From Adineta vaga (Eukaryota; Animalia; Rotifera), in assembly GCA_021613535.1 (NCBI GenBank), contig CP075492.1, positions 19,902,001 to 19,966,000 of the forward strand: 64,000 nt of DNA, given 5' to 3'. The first letter of the stretch is position 1; each line of letters starts with the position of its first letter. The notes under the pieces are model-generated. The model worked only from the letters and a program-made list of their open reading frames with translations, had not been told where the DNA came from and did no database searches. A program made the position numbers and the translations under genes. Below are positions 38,501 through 51,713 of this stretch, piece by piece.

Positions 38501-41268
38501 AAGAATAAGGGGCTGTTGATTGGTTGATTCGTAACACTCTCGAATAGATGTGGCCAAGACTGGATGTGGCGAAATTTCAAGAAAAATAGTTGCATCATCA
38601 TTTTGTGCAATAGATGTCATTGCATCACAAAATCGAACCGTTTCTCGTACATTTGTCCACCAATAATGTGCATCGACTGGCATTTCATCACTTAATTCAC
38701 CTCCAATAACACTTGAATAGAGACGAGCTTGGGCACATTTTGGATCAAACATTTGTTGTGGATCTTTCAAAGGAAGTCCTCGAATGTCTTTGAGTGATGA
38801 CAGCAGTTCTTTTTCGATATCAAATCGATCCATTTGATGACAATGAAATGCATTTTCAATACGAAGACGGGTTTTAAAAACATTTGGATAAAATGTTGAA
38901 AGAATTCGTTCTAATTCATCAATAGTCTTTTCATCTCCACTCAAGGTGACAGAACGAGGACTATTTACAACAGCAATACACACAAGATGTTCAATACTTT
39001 TAAGAAGTTTGGCTTGTACTTCTTCTTTACTCATCGAAACAGCTAACATTCGACCACCTTGTCTTGTATTACGATTTTGTAAACGTGATCGATGATAAAC
39101 AACACGAACAGCTTCTTCTAAGGTGAGGCGACCGGCAACAAATGCAGCTGCTTGATCTCCAGCACTATGTGATATAATACTTGAAGGATAAATATGCCAT
39201 GAAACAAGTAATGCTGCTAAGGCAACTTGAATAGCAAATAATGTTGGTTGAGCAATATTGGTATCATTAATACGAGATTCTTGTTCAGTTTTTTTTCCAA
39301 TTAATTCGTCTAATAATCGCCATTCACCATTGTTAATTTTACTCATTTCACTATCAATTAATTGTATCCATCGAGTAAAAACAGGTTCACTTTCGTATAA
39401 TTGTCTACCCATAGCCCACCATTGTGGACCTTGTCCACTAAAAACAAAACATATTTTTGATAGTGGTACTGTTGGGCGCATAGCTATTGAAAGGCCTAAT
39501 ATTATCTGTTCAGAGAGAAAAGCATTGATTTGTTTTTGAAGTTCTTGACGATTTGCAAATACAAAAATAGCTAAATGTGTATAACTAATTGTCCGTTTAA
39601 GAAGAAGTTGTTGAGAGACACGTTGAAGGAAAGCATAATCATCATTCATGTCATCCGGAAGAGGTCTTTTTTGTAACCATTGATTGAATTGTTTTACTTG
39701 ACCATTAAGAGATGTACGACTTTTTGCTAAGGAATAATAAAAGTTAATTTTTTATGATAGAAAAACATTCCCACTACCTACTTGAGAAAATAATGACGAA
39801 GTATTGTTTATTTTCTATTTGATGATACCCGTTAATATGATCAATGACACATCCATTAACAAATGAGTTTTTTACATTTGGTTGATATTCTTCCACAATT
39901 GCATGTACATTGTTACCGCCCATGCCAAATGAATTTATACCTATAGCTATAGGATCAGTGTTAGTGGAAGAAGGAAATGGTACGGAATGTCGAACAACAT
40001 GAAGATTATAGCGTTGTGCTTCGATCCGAGAATTAAGAGATGTGGATTGCATATTTGGTGGAATAGTTCGATGATGCATACACAGAGCAACTTTGATTAA
40101 TCCAGCAATACCGGCTGCACCTTCTGTGTGTCCTAAATTACTTTTAACAGAACCAATTAATAATGGAGGATCAAGTTGTGATCGATTAAAAAATCGACCT
40201 AGACAATTCGCTTCTATAGGATCCCCTACTGGTGTACCAGTACCATGTGCTTCAACATAGAAAATGCGTCGAGGATCAAATTCTGTCCGTTTGTAAATAT
40301 TTGTAAGTAGACGTATTTGTCCAGCAGCAGATGGAACAACAAAATTACTTTTATCTTCACTTCCATCATGATTGCTGAGTACATCTCGAAGAACACAATA
40401 AATACGATCGCCATCACGTACGGCGTCACTCAGTCGTTTCAACAGTATAAGACCAAGACCCTCACCTAAAATAATTGATTATTTTGATATGTGTGTGAAT
40501 ATATTTCTCACCTTTAGCATAACCATTAGCATCAGCACTAAATGATCGACTTCTTCCATCAGGTGATTGAGCACCGATAGTTGAGCTATAAAAAATACTT
40601 TCTGGTGCGAAGACACCATTTACACCACCACATACAGCCATATTCGCTTCCTTTGTACGAAGAGTTTGTACAGCCATATGCACAGCTTCTAATGATGATG
40701 AACAAGCCACATCTAATGAGACGTTAGGACCTTGAAGATTAAAATGATATGATAATCGAGCGGCAGCATTATATAATAAACTATTAGGCCCATGAAATCT
40801 TGATCGATATTCGGGTTCCATTCGAAGTGATGTGTAAGCATGATCCGTAGAGAATTGTCCGATGTGTACAGATGTTTGTGAACCATGCATTTTTTCAATA
40901 GAATAGCCAGCATCGTCGAGTAAATGGACAAATTTTAGCATTAATAATCGATGACAGGGATCCATACTGCCTGCTTCTGCATCCGATAGTCCAAAGAAAC
41001 TGGCTTCAAAGGTGTCCCATTGATTATTCGAGAGGAAATATCCTCTACGCACGAGTTTCTCACGAAATTGTTGATTATTATCCATGTTGAACATATGAAC
41101 GCAATATGAATCAATATCGAGTCGATCACGGGGCATTGCGCTTCCGACATCTCGACTCTCATCCAATGCATTCCATAAATCGTCAGCACAATGAATATCA
41201 CCAGCAAATTCACATGACATACCTATAATAGCCACTGGCTCTAGAAGACTACTGAGTGTTGACGACAT
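32559..41268 (-). CDS. Type I reducing polyketide synthase (KS-AT-DH-pseudoMT-ER-KR-ACP-truncated TE) with two frameshifts and one in-frame stop; possibly a pseudogene
   Basis: KS DVACSSS, EAHGTGT and KSNLGHTE; AT FSGQGPQW, SHSAG and NAFH; DH DHKIQDTILYP and LLDACFH; ER VGINFRDVL and LIHAATGGAG; KR ISGGFGGLG and YNAGN; ACP QGMDSL. Introns at 40466-40511, 39727-39781 and 34192-34246. Lesions: 1-nt deletion near 35235-35236, TGA at 34572-34574, 1-nt deletion in the run at 33454-33459. Confidence 0.9.
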
Positions 41269-42744
41269 TGTCACTTGTTGAATATCAGTCACACAGGAAA
41301 TACAAAAACTGATGAAAGAAACAGTAAGTTTCGTATCTGAAATGTATAATTGAAATAAACTACTATGGCTTAAACATTATATATCATACGTAAAATCGAA
41401 ATGACAGATGTAGATTGTGTTCATTTATATAGAATAATTTCTCACGTAGGATGATTCGGTACTATTCAATAGCTTCATAAAAATAATTATCAGGCATAAA
41501 TTTTTGTAGTTTTTTACCTTACACAGCTAATCAGAACTAGATGATATATAACAGTAGAGAATCTGAAGATTTTCGTTTGTATACCGTCTAATAAACAGAC
41601 CAGAGGACACGACAAAATCTAATTTAATTTTTCTTTTCTTTATCTATTTTGCCTCATGTTTTAAAATTATTTTCCGTTAATTCCTGAAATATGAATTCGT
41701 CTTTCGTCAACCTTCGCACAGTGTCTCTATTTTTTCACATAAACGATACCATGAGAACTCATTCTTTATCTTTTTTACTCTAGAGATCTATTCAAGAGAT
41801 ATACATTAAGATATCGATCTAGTAGAATGGTTTTCGACTTCTTCTTAATACTAGCATTCTAGTATGACCATTATAGGTAATCACCGAAAAGGAGTCGACT
41901 TTTTGGAAAAGCAAAACTTTTTTTTCCATATAGGGTGATAGACCCACCATATCTTCTATCATCATCATAAATATCAGATCGATTGGTGGTTGTCGCGCAA
42001 TATGAGAGTGGTCAATATATTGACTCAAAAACGACTCACTCAATAATATTTCACATTCTCTTTCTTGTAGAGAACAGTCTTCCAAACATTAATTGTCTGC
42101 TTGCTTGTGTGTCTGCAGAGGTAAAAAAAGAACATCGAAGTCCGATTTTATGGAAAAGTCATTTGTAGATGTATTTCGGTGCAGGGAATCGGAATTTGAG
42201 CGTCATTTGCTCCGATCACTGAAGAGAAGGTGTGAATTGGGAGAACTGACATGAAATAATAAAAAGAGAGTTTTCAGGTTAATCTATTTCTATGGGTGTC
42301 CGAGTATTCTCATTCTAGTAGTAGAGAGTGTGGTAGCCGTGTACTGTAAGCTTTCTTTCGTATATGATTACGGACACTTCACTTATTGGTAAAAGGTTAG
42401 CTCGAGAAGAAACTAATACCGACCGCTCATATGTTTTGATCTGCACGTACTTCTATTTTTCTCGATTGATCAAAGCTTATGTTGGTATTGACACATAAAA
42501 ATCATCTTCATTTCAGGATATTTTGTGTAAATCGCTGAAAAATCGAAAAACACGATTTTTGCATATATCAGAAATTGGGCTCGTGTTTCAACATTTTCGA
42601 TATGAAGACATGATCTGATCGAACTGAAAGTTTTACCTGACTATTTTCATAACTATCTGTAACGTGTAAAAAAATCAGCGAAATCTGATATGTGAAATTT
42701 TCGCGATTATCTAGATTTATCAGAGAAGTACTCTTAAGAATTTT

Positions 42745-43430
42745 AATAGATTCATGATTAATCTAGAAACAACTATTCAATTTACAGTAGAGATTCAAAT
42801 GCCTAACAAATTACCTTTTCTCGATATTATAGTAGAAAGACTTAAGAACAATCTATGATTACATATGTTTATATTCAAAATCGATGAGAAACACACAAAA
42901 ACAATATAGAAATAATTTGCAATAGAATTGTAAAGATTTATTCACCGGATGTTTTTGTTAAAAAGAGAATTTCCGTTTCTGATAGTTATCATCAGAATAT
43001 TATCGAAAAAAGTCATGAGAAAAGTTAAATTAGAGAAAAAACATTAATATAAATAATCAACAAACTAATGTTAATATGAAAAGTATTCATGTTTCTGTAC
43101 CATATCATTATGATATATCGATTTAATTAGCAGACAAGATTATTTGATTCTACTTATTGCAAAAAAAATACAAAATGATAGTGTTATTTATCAATATAAT
43201 TGTCAAGATTGTCAAAAATCTTATATCAGACAAATGGTAAAAATGTTGAGCAACGGAAAAAAGAATATCCAAATACTTTCAAAGGGATAGGAAACTCCAA
43301 AATGATTAGAACATTGCTCAACAAACAGATATAAAAATTAACCTAAAAATACCCCAAAAAATAATTAAAGAAAGTCTTTTAATGGATTATGTAAAAGTTA
43401 ACAAACAGAATTATATATTCGCTAAAAGGT
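42745..43430 (+). mobile_element. Degenerate Penelope-like retroelement (RT C-terminus and GIY-YIG endonuclease)
   Basis: IQFTVEIQMPNKLPFLDIIVER matches the Penelope-like RT motif FTxExE...LPFLD; SVIYQYNCQDCQKSYIRQ...RKKEY matches GIY-YIG. Multiple stops and frameshifts. Confidence 0.8.
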
Positions 43431-44829
43431 TATGAGTGAAATATTTTTGTGGACATTTAAAGTTAAAATTGAATAGATAATAAAACGTTTTATTATCTAT
43501 TAATGAGATCACATTTTTTCCCGTCAGATTATACAATTTATATATGTGTATTTCGAAGAAAGATACGATCTTTTGCTTTTATTTGGAGATGACTTTTTCT
43601 CTCAAGATTTTTTGCTATTTGGAAGATAGAACAAATGATTGGATTTACATGATGATTGAGATATTGCTATCTCTAACGATCAGATTGCAGACGGAATCGG
43701 CAGGTCTATGGGTAAAACTCAATGTCGAAAAGGTAGGAACTCAAAATAATCTAAAAACTATCGTTTTCTATGGTAAATAGCACATTCTAGTCCTTTAATA
43801 ATTATATTCGTGAATTTGCACAATCAGAAAATTTGAATAAAATCGATCTACACCAATCTTTGCCGATTTGGTTCCAAGTGTACCGCCTATAGAATAGACT
43901 AGACTATTTTTCAAAAACTTCTCACGAGCTCGAGCATTGAAGGTCTAATGCAATGTAAAAATACTGTTTAATTAATGATACTTTATCTAATAGCGTTCAG
44001 AATCTAAAAACTAGATTCACGTGTACCCTATGTCTTTTCAGGAGGAATCAATGTTAATTTTTATGCAAAAATCAGTTGAAAATCGATAAAATTTTTGCAC
44101 TTTTTCATCGAAGAAAAACTTTAAATTGTGTCAACTTGATTTCTATTGTTTTTAGGTGTTAATAAACGGGATCACATCTTTCTGCGATTTTTCGAAATGC
44201 TTTCTCTGCTTAGATTCCTTCGCATCACCACTGACGTGAGTGTTCTTTTTTATGTAGTTTCTTTTTTAGTTTTGACTGACGAATACAACAGTAAGTAGCG
44301 AAGCATCTTATAATAAATAAGACCAAAATGTTATATCCGGTTTTCTTTTCTCTTATATTTACTGTCAAATGATGAAGAAAGACTTCTAGTTGAATATTTC
44401 TCAAAAAACATTTTGGTATATAGCACTAAAGAAAAAGTACACATCGAGAAACTATAAGTTTCCAATCGTTGAATTATTCTCAGTCTAAATATTCAATCGG
44501 GATTACTATTTCATGTCTCGCATTGCAGTACATTCTTCTGTGCTTCTAAAATCACATTTTTCTGCAAGAAATGCAATAAAAAGAAAATTAAATTATACAT
44601 AATACCTGAAAATTTGGCCCAAAATGAACTGTATTTAATCCACTATTGATGCTATTCGACTATTTTTATACGACAGATCATAACCTGTATTCTCTTCGGT
44701 TCAGTTCAATTCAATGAACTGAACTATATGTGTACCCCTCAACATGAAACGAGAATAGTAAAGCTATTATAATTTTTCATTAAAAATTTCATCTTAAATT
44801 ATTTTCATAGAAACTAAACTAGTCCATAA

Positions 44830-45930
44830 CAGGGGTCGAAATGGGCTGCCCGGCCCAACGAAACTTTTACTTCGGTCCGGGCGGGTCGGTCTACGAAAGC
44901 CTCTGGGCTGGGCGGGCCAGATATTTTATCGGGCTAGCCCGGACCAACGGTATTATTCCTTTTTTATGGTTTTCTGTGTTATTTCATATCTCTTATGCCG
45001 GTGTGAGTATTTTTAAGCATCCTACAGGCAAAAACTGAGAGTCTCAATACTAAAAATAATATTAGTGCTTGCTTTTCTCAAAACCGATAGTGTTTCCCAT
45101 CTACATATTGCTTTCTATAATATATTATCAAACTTAATTAATATAAAAATATTTTTATAGATGAGATTCTATAGAAATAAATCATTGTTAATATTTGGAA
45201 TAACGCATGCCAGCTTGTTTTATACTTTAATATTAGCTAATAGATGAATTTACTGTGTATAGAACGATACAGAGAAAAGTTTTGAGTTGTATACTTTTCT
45301 CCTGAAAGACTCTTGTACTTTAATAATATGAAAAGTTAGCAGATTTACGAAATAGTCCGCAGGTAATAAGAAAATCTTACTATCCAATGTCAATGCGATC
45401 TAGAAATCATACGTTTCTATAGTGGACTAAAGTTAACCTATAAAAAATGATTATTCACAATTTTTGATCACGCATCTACACAAATGTTTATTGAGTCCTA
45501 CGTCATTAATTGATTATACTGTAAGACGATATAATCTACATGCATGATATACTTCGTTCAGGCTTGTTTTACCAAAAATTCAGAGACATATTACAATAAG
45601 TTATGTCTGATTACGATTGTCACGTCAAAATATGCTTTAAAATATCATCTTATTCAGTTCACGCATATTTAACTCAGACAATTTTATAGTGAAAGAGTTT
45701 TATTCACTTAGTTTAAGTTCACTTGACACGTCATAATGCTAGCTCTTTGCTTTTCGGAAACATTGCTTACCACTAAAACAGTCCTTTACTCCTAATAAAA
45801 AGAGCAAATGTTGATATTAAACTATCCTTCGGGCTCGGGCCGGGCCGGGCCGGGCCGGGCGGGCATAACAAATACACGGGCTACTTTGGACCGGGTCGGG
45901 CCACGGAAATGAGGCCCGTTTCGAGCCCTG
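44830..45930. mobile_element. Non-autonomous hAT-type DNA transposon
   Basis: Perfect 8-bp TSD gtccataa (44822-44829 and 45931-45938); 17-bp TIRs caggggtcgaaatgggc / gcccgtttcgagccctg; sub-terminal GGGCC repeats at both ends. Confidence 0.92.
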
Positions 45931-46399
45931 GTCCATAATTGTGATTTAACACTCTTTTAGAATAAAAAAAATTCTATATCTTCATATCCCATCATCTACA
46001 AAAGCTATTGATTATATAACAAAACGGATAAATTATAGTTTTTTTTATTTCCAATTTCTGAAATAACTGCGTATATGACAAAAAATTCTACGTTTTCTCT
46101 CTAAATCAAAAATATAAATTTATATATTATTGTTTTACTTATACAGATTCTAATCTCAACTGAATTCTTTAACCAACTACACATGTACAAAAATTCAACT
46201 TAATAAGATGTGAGAACATTAATACTCAATTGTCAATGACATTAACATATACTGAAAATCATTTCAATATACATTGTCGGTTATTATCTATATCAATTAC
46301 TTTTCATTATGAAAAAATGAAATGGCTTGTATCAATGTAAAACCTTACCAGAATCATTATGCTTTCATCGTACAAACCGAAGATTAACTTCATCTTACC

Positions 46400-46508
46400 T
46401 AGTTGATACAAAGTTTACATGTACGATTCATGTGTTGTAACTGATGAATGCTTGGCACTAACTGCAGCAAAAGCCATAATCATAATCAGAATGATAGACG
46501 AACGTATT
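46400..46508 (-). pseudogene. Decayed first exon of a secreted-protein gene, paralogous to 50496-51325
   Basis: Reads (ATA)RSSIILIMIMAFAAVSAKHSSVTTHESYM*TLYQL followed by a G|gtaag donor; the start codon is lost and there is an internal stop. Confidence 0.5.
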
Positions 46509-48051
46509 TGGTTGTTGTTGTTGTTGTTGATTATTTAGTGAGCAAATGAAATATCTGTTGATTGATAGAAACTCGATTATAATTTATACAATCGATTAGT
46601 GAAGAGACTCACTCAACCAAAGCCCAGTGTTGGTTTGAAGGAAAGAAAAAAAAATTAGCACGTAAAGTATGCTGCTTATTCAACCATAACTCAGTGTTAA
46701 TTCGAAAGAAAGAAAAAGAATATTTGTTGTTTTGAGTTATTTGACTATCAATGTCAAAAAAAGAGAAGAATCAGATTATAATCGATTTCTATTAAATACT
46801 TTTAATGAATTTTTTTATTATAAAATGATTAAAATCATGAGGAATTGATTATGATAAAAAATTTTTAATTGCATTTATATTTAATCATTTCATAATCAGT
46901 TTAGAAACGATTAAAATTTCATTGAATCATTTTAAATTAATTCATTTTTTTCTTCAAGTTCATCTTCTATAAAATATCAAAACTTCACTATTTTTTATAA
47001 TATATTATAGAAACTATTACTATCTGGAAAGAGAAATAATTGAAATCTTTAGTTAGACTTTGAACTTCGTACATTTTGAATGATATACTTACTATTTAAC
47101 TTGTCATTGATAATAATCTAATAATCAGCAATTAAATAAAACTTTTTCAAATAAATAAGTGCTTATCATTTCATCTAGATGCTGATATCGATCAAAAACG
47201 AATTTAATATAACAAATCTTTGCTTTTCATCTCGTTGTTAAAATCATTATAAAATTAAGGAAAAGATTTGTAAATATATATATATATATAAAGAATTATT
47301 TTCGTTTTATTTTCATATACAGATAATTCTAAAAGAAGGAAAAACAATTATTTCATTAAATAATATCTTAATGTTCATATCGATAATGGATCCATCTTAA
47401 AATAAATAAAATCAAAATGTATCAATATTTTATATTTATTTTTCTAGATTTTAATTTTGATTCAATGAAAAAATTTTAAAAGTATTTTATGAAATTATCA
47501 ACTTATTCGTCATAACAAAATACAGATTAAAAATAATATCTTTCTTCTTTTTTTAGAATCAATCTATTAACAATAATCTCATTTAAACAACAAATATTCA
47601 ATTAAAAACATAGTATGTACATTAAAAATGATCTTTTATATAGAAATATTTTTGAGAATAAATGTGACAGTATTTTAATACTTGAAATATTCAGTTAGAT
47701 ATTTGTTTTCATTTACACAATATAACTGTATTTAATTATCATTTCATAGATCACATTTGGATAATAACTCTAGTTCTAATTCTGATTGTGATCATCATCA
47801 ATATTTTAATTCTTTTTTTTATTAAAAGACAAAATATGAAGTTAAAGAAACGTTAACAACTACCAAAGTAATATTAACAACATCTATATTTTCAATAAAA
47901 TCGAGTATGTTTCGTTGTTCATAAGATTAAATAACGGGAAAAACAAACGAAAATGGATGTGACTGAACTTATGTATAATGATATTATCATTCCGACATCC
48001 ACATCTATTCTTATTTATATTTCATTGTTATTTCATGTTTTTCTTTAGTTG

Positions 48052-48515
48052 AGGAGTCATTGAAATGGAAAAAGAAAGGAATAAATGTTGCTGGAGGATC
48101 GATATGGGAAAATCACTCAGATCGGTTTTTTTTCAGAAGGAATTTCTATTGATGATACAAATAATAATCGTATTATGAAATGGAAAATTGGTTCAAATCA
48201 TGGTAAAATTGTTGCAAGTAGAAATTTTCGTGAATCTGATCTTAATCAATTGGATAATTCGACTTTTATTTTAGTTAATAATGATTATTTAATTTATATA
48301 TCAGATACAGAAAATCATCGAATAATGAAATGGAAAAAAGATACTAAAGAAAGAGTTATTTTTGTTGATGGAAAAGATCAAAACACATTCTATAGACCTA
48401 AAGGAATAGTTATGGATCGATTATATATTGCAGAAACATCTTATTGTCGAATAATTCGATGGTATGAATAAGGAAATGAGAAACCTGAAATTATTATTGG
48501 TGGAATTGGACCAGG
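48052..48515 (+). pseudogene. NHL-repeat protein pseudogene
   Basis: KWKKKGINVAGG, then a frameshift, then NNRIMKW...YISDTENHRIMKW...LYIAE...RIIRWYE* GNEKPEIIIGG. A possible upstream transmembrane exon lies near 47750-47905. Confidence 0.75.
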
Positions 48516-49082
48516 TATCATAGATCTCCGCAGGACAACTAAAAGGTCGTTCCATCCCGTCCCGCTTCCTTTTGTACTTTTCTCATAAATCCAGCTAATT
48601 TATTTTAACACTTAAATAAAGTTCAAACAACACAAACGTTGAATGAGAATTGTTAAACTATTATCCACATCATCTGCCAATGATTTAGACGCCGATCACA
48701 AATATGTACTTTTAGTCTTAGTAAAAAAACCTCCGTCAAAACGAAAAATTCAACTTTCAAAATCCCACCATAATTTTAGGCGATACAACAGCGACTTTGC
48801 ATCCAAAAAAGATTTTCAGTTACTAATTAATTATAGATCAGGAATCAGAATTAAAGTTACACCGAATGATCTCGATATCGACCTATTTCGACCACTTAAT
48901 TTTTCTATTTTCTTGAGTTTAACTAATACAAACGACTAAAATGAATTCAAATACAAAGCATTTGACGAAATTTTTAATTGTGATTTCAAATGTATATTCA
49001 ATTTTTAATTATAGATCCTTTTTGGATGAAGAAGCGATCCAATAGCGCCAAGTCATGTTGGTTTTAAGAATATTAGATTTCC

Positions 49083-49084
<2 letters not shown>

Positions 49085-49119
<35 letters not shown>
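49085..49119. repeat. (GA)n microsatellite
   Basis: About 17 GA units, read directly. Confidence 0.95.
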
Positions 49120-49122
<3 letters not shown>

Positions 49123-49439
49123 GATAGGGGGAACGAAGAAAAAGCTATGCGTAACGTTTTGCTTCTCAATACGACGAATTATCTGACATAAAATACTGAG
49201 CTCTATCATTTATGTAATGCAAATGTATAAGCTTACAAATTCGGTCTTCGTGTGTTGAAATCAGTAGAATTTCAAATATCTACATCAGCTCAGATTTCAG
49301 TTTATAGTTGATTTGGAAACTTTGCCGGAGTCGCCGCACTCCGCGATACTGCACAGGCAGGATTAATTTGAAAAATAAAAAACATTGAACTAAGTAAAAA
49401 ATTCAACAGAACAGTTATTGTATCAATAGTGTTTTTTTT

Positions 49440-49760
49440 TCTTTCTTTTTTCTGTTTTGTCTTAAGAGTATATCCTTCGTTCTGATGATTTACAAAACTT
49501 CAATCGTATTGACATATCCAATATATGTTTGCACATATATTCTTTAAAGAAACTTGAACAATTACAAATCCGATTTTTTCATTCTGATGAATTGTTCGGT
49601 AAACTTGCCTTCCATATTCAGAATTGAGCTTCTAAATCATCAGACAAAGTTTTATCCTCAATCCAACTAAATTTACGTCGAATTCTTTTTCTTTCTTGAA
49701 CATGCTCTTAGTCAATTTCTATCAGATTCTAATGAACTTTTATATTGCTGTATCAACACG
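49440..49760 (-). mobile_element. MULE-type transposase relic (SWIM zinc finger)
   Basis: Minus strand reads IWKASLPNNSSE*KNRICNCSSFFKEYMCKHILDMSIRLKFCK, a CxC...CKH SWIM motif, with stops. Confidence 0.65.
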
Positions 49761-50495
49761 AGATTTGTCATTGTAAATCGAAGTGTAGAAAGAAAAGAAT
49801 ATCATCTAGAAAATACTACCGATCATTTCAAGTCAATATAGTCAAAGAAAGAAAAAGAAAAGGTGTATATATTTGTGTATGACTGGAAAACGAAAGAGAA
49901 AATATGGACGTTCTCATATAATTATAGAAACTTTGGTTTGACGTCTTAGTATTAATTTGTATTTATAATAAATAACTTGATAATGAAAATGTTTACTTGC
50001 TAAATATAGTTTATTACTGTACTTTTAATTAATAAACATAGTGGAAAAATATTCTACTTAGAAATTTTTAATTTCAATTGACAAAATAAAAATAATTAAA
50101 AAAATAAGTATTGATTGAACGAATATCGCGATTCATATTTTATTTTATTGTACATCATTTATTTCAATTATTTAACTGATGACTTGACAATTATTTAAAA
50201 CATTCTAACTATATATACATTATATATGAATTAATATAAGAATATGATAGTTGATGATAAAACGTTTTTCTTTCCTCAAGAAACAAATAATATAAAAGTA
50301 AAATATTATCCGACAGTATAGCCTTTCATTCTCGATCAGTTATAAAAACAACGTATATTTTTGTTTGTTTCTTCATATCAATACTGTATTATGGTTGAAT
50401 GAGCACCTTTTTATGTTGATAGGATAAAATCCAAAGATATTTTTTTATCCATCAAACAAATACACTTATACGTACATTTATTTAGTAGCAAACAA

Positions 50496-51325
50496 ATGCA
50501 TTCATTTATTATTGTGGAAGTCATTTTGGTATTAGTTGCAATTATTGCCAAACATTCATCAATTGCAACACATAATTCATGCATTCAAGCATTGCGTCGA
50601 CAAGAATAAGCAGAATAATATGTTTTTACGACGTTTTATGGAACAACTAGTTAAATATGATGATAATAACGAAGATTTTCGCGATGAAAAACGTCAAGAT
50701 GGTAGGATTTATTATTAATAGACATACTAATCGATATTTGATACTAAAAAATGATTGAAATTTCATTGAACAAATCACTAATTCCGTGTATAATTGATAA
50801 TATTATGACGAAATCAGTTCATAGCTTTTTATTTATTTCAGTGTCCAAATGTAAAAATCATAGAAAAGATATAGGTGAAACAGATGTTGATTGTGCTGGT
50901 AAAACTGGTTGTGACAAGTGTGCTGGCATGAAGATCTGCAAGGAAAACAGTGATTGTTACAGTAACAAATGTTCTAAAAGGAAGTATACTGGTAAATGAT
51001 TTTACAGATTGTTTATATGATGAAAGAGCCATTACCTTGTATCATATTGATTTTAATTTCAGCACCACTAACTTATGATTTTGAAGGTTGTTGTGATAGT
51101 ACAAATTGTATTCTTTGCACTAGTCACCATAATAATATTATTCTCTCTTGTCAACGTGACGATGCTTATAATAGTTTTTTAATTTTTTTTGGTACTTCTT
51201 GTGATCCCGATAAGAATAATGCTGGTGCTGGTAGTTGTAATCCTGATGATAATAAGAAAAAAGAGCCCCCACAAGATGACGAAAACAATGAGAATAATGA
51301 TCCATTAATTGAAAATCTCTCATAA
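50496..51325 (+). CDS. Putative secreted cysteine-rich precursor (signal peptide, acidic pro-region ending in KR, GETDVDC-type Cys repeat)
   Basis: MHSFIIVEVILVLVAIIAKHSS...; exons about 50496-50595 (weak donor), 50651-50701, 50842-50991 and 51063-51325; CKNHRKDIGETDVDCAGKTGCDKCAGMKICKENSDCYSNKC. The first intron is uncertain, so the gene may be disrupted. Confidence 0.55.
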
Positions 51326-51614
51326 ACTTGAAAAAGACTTTGAAATTTTCTCTATTTTTACATTTTTATACTAATATTTCAATCTTTCTTTTTTTTTACT
51401 TAGAATTCTTTTTGGTAGCGTATAACTAATCATTTATATTTTAATAATAATAAAAAACCTAAGTTGATCTTCTAAATTACGATTATACATGTTGTATCAT
51501 AATAATACATTTAGTCATTTGTATATAATGAGAAAGAACGAAAGATTATGAGGGTGTGAATTGTAGGTAAGGTGTCAGTTGATGATCTATCTCTCACCCA
51601 TCGATCTGCATCCT

Positions 51615-51713
51615 CAATATCACACAACGTCTGTCTTAGCAAATGAATCAGTGTTAGTTGCAGGGAGAGAAAATGGTAGTGGTTGTTTTAACAGCGCTGA
51701 ATTATATCAATGA
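51615..51713 (+). pseudogene. Kelch-repeat fragment
   Basis: QYHTTSVLANESVLVAG...NSAELYQ* with a frameshift; matches the HTASVLxNGxVLVxGG...SAELY Kelch pattern. Confidence 0.6.

Noticed and set aside
1-41268. Bacterial gene cluster broken by many frameshifts
   Set aside because: Nearly all ORF breaks are GT-AG introns at repeated homologous positions that restore the frame, so the locus is eukaryotic.
41930-42740. DNA-transposon remnants upstream of the PKS
   Set aside because: The sequence looks repeat-derived, but I could not pair TIRs or a TSD.
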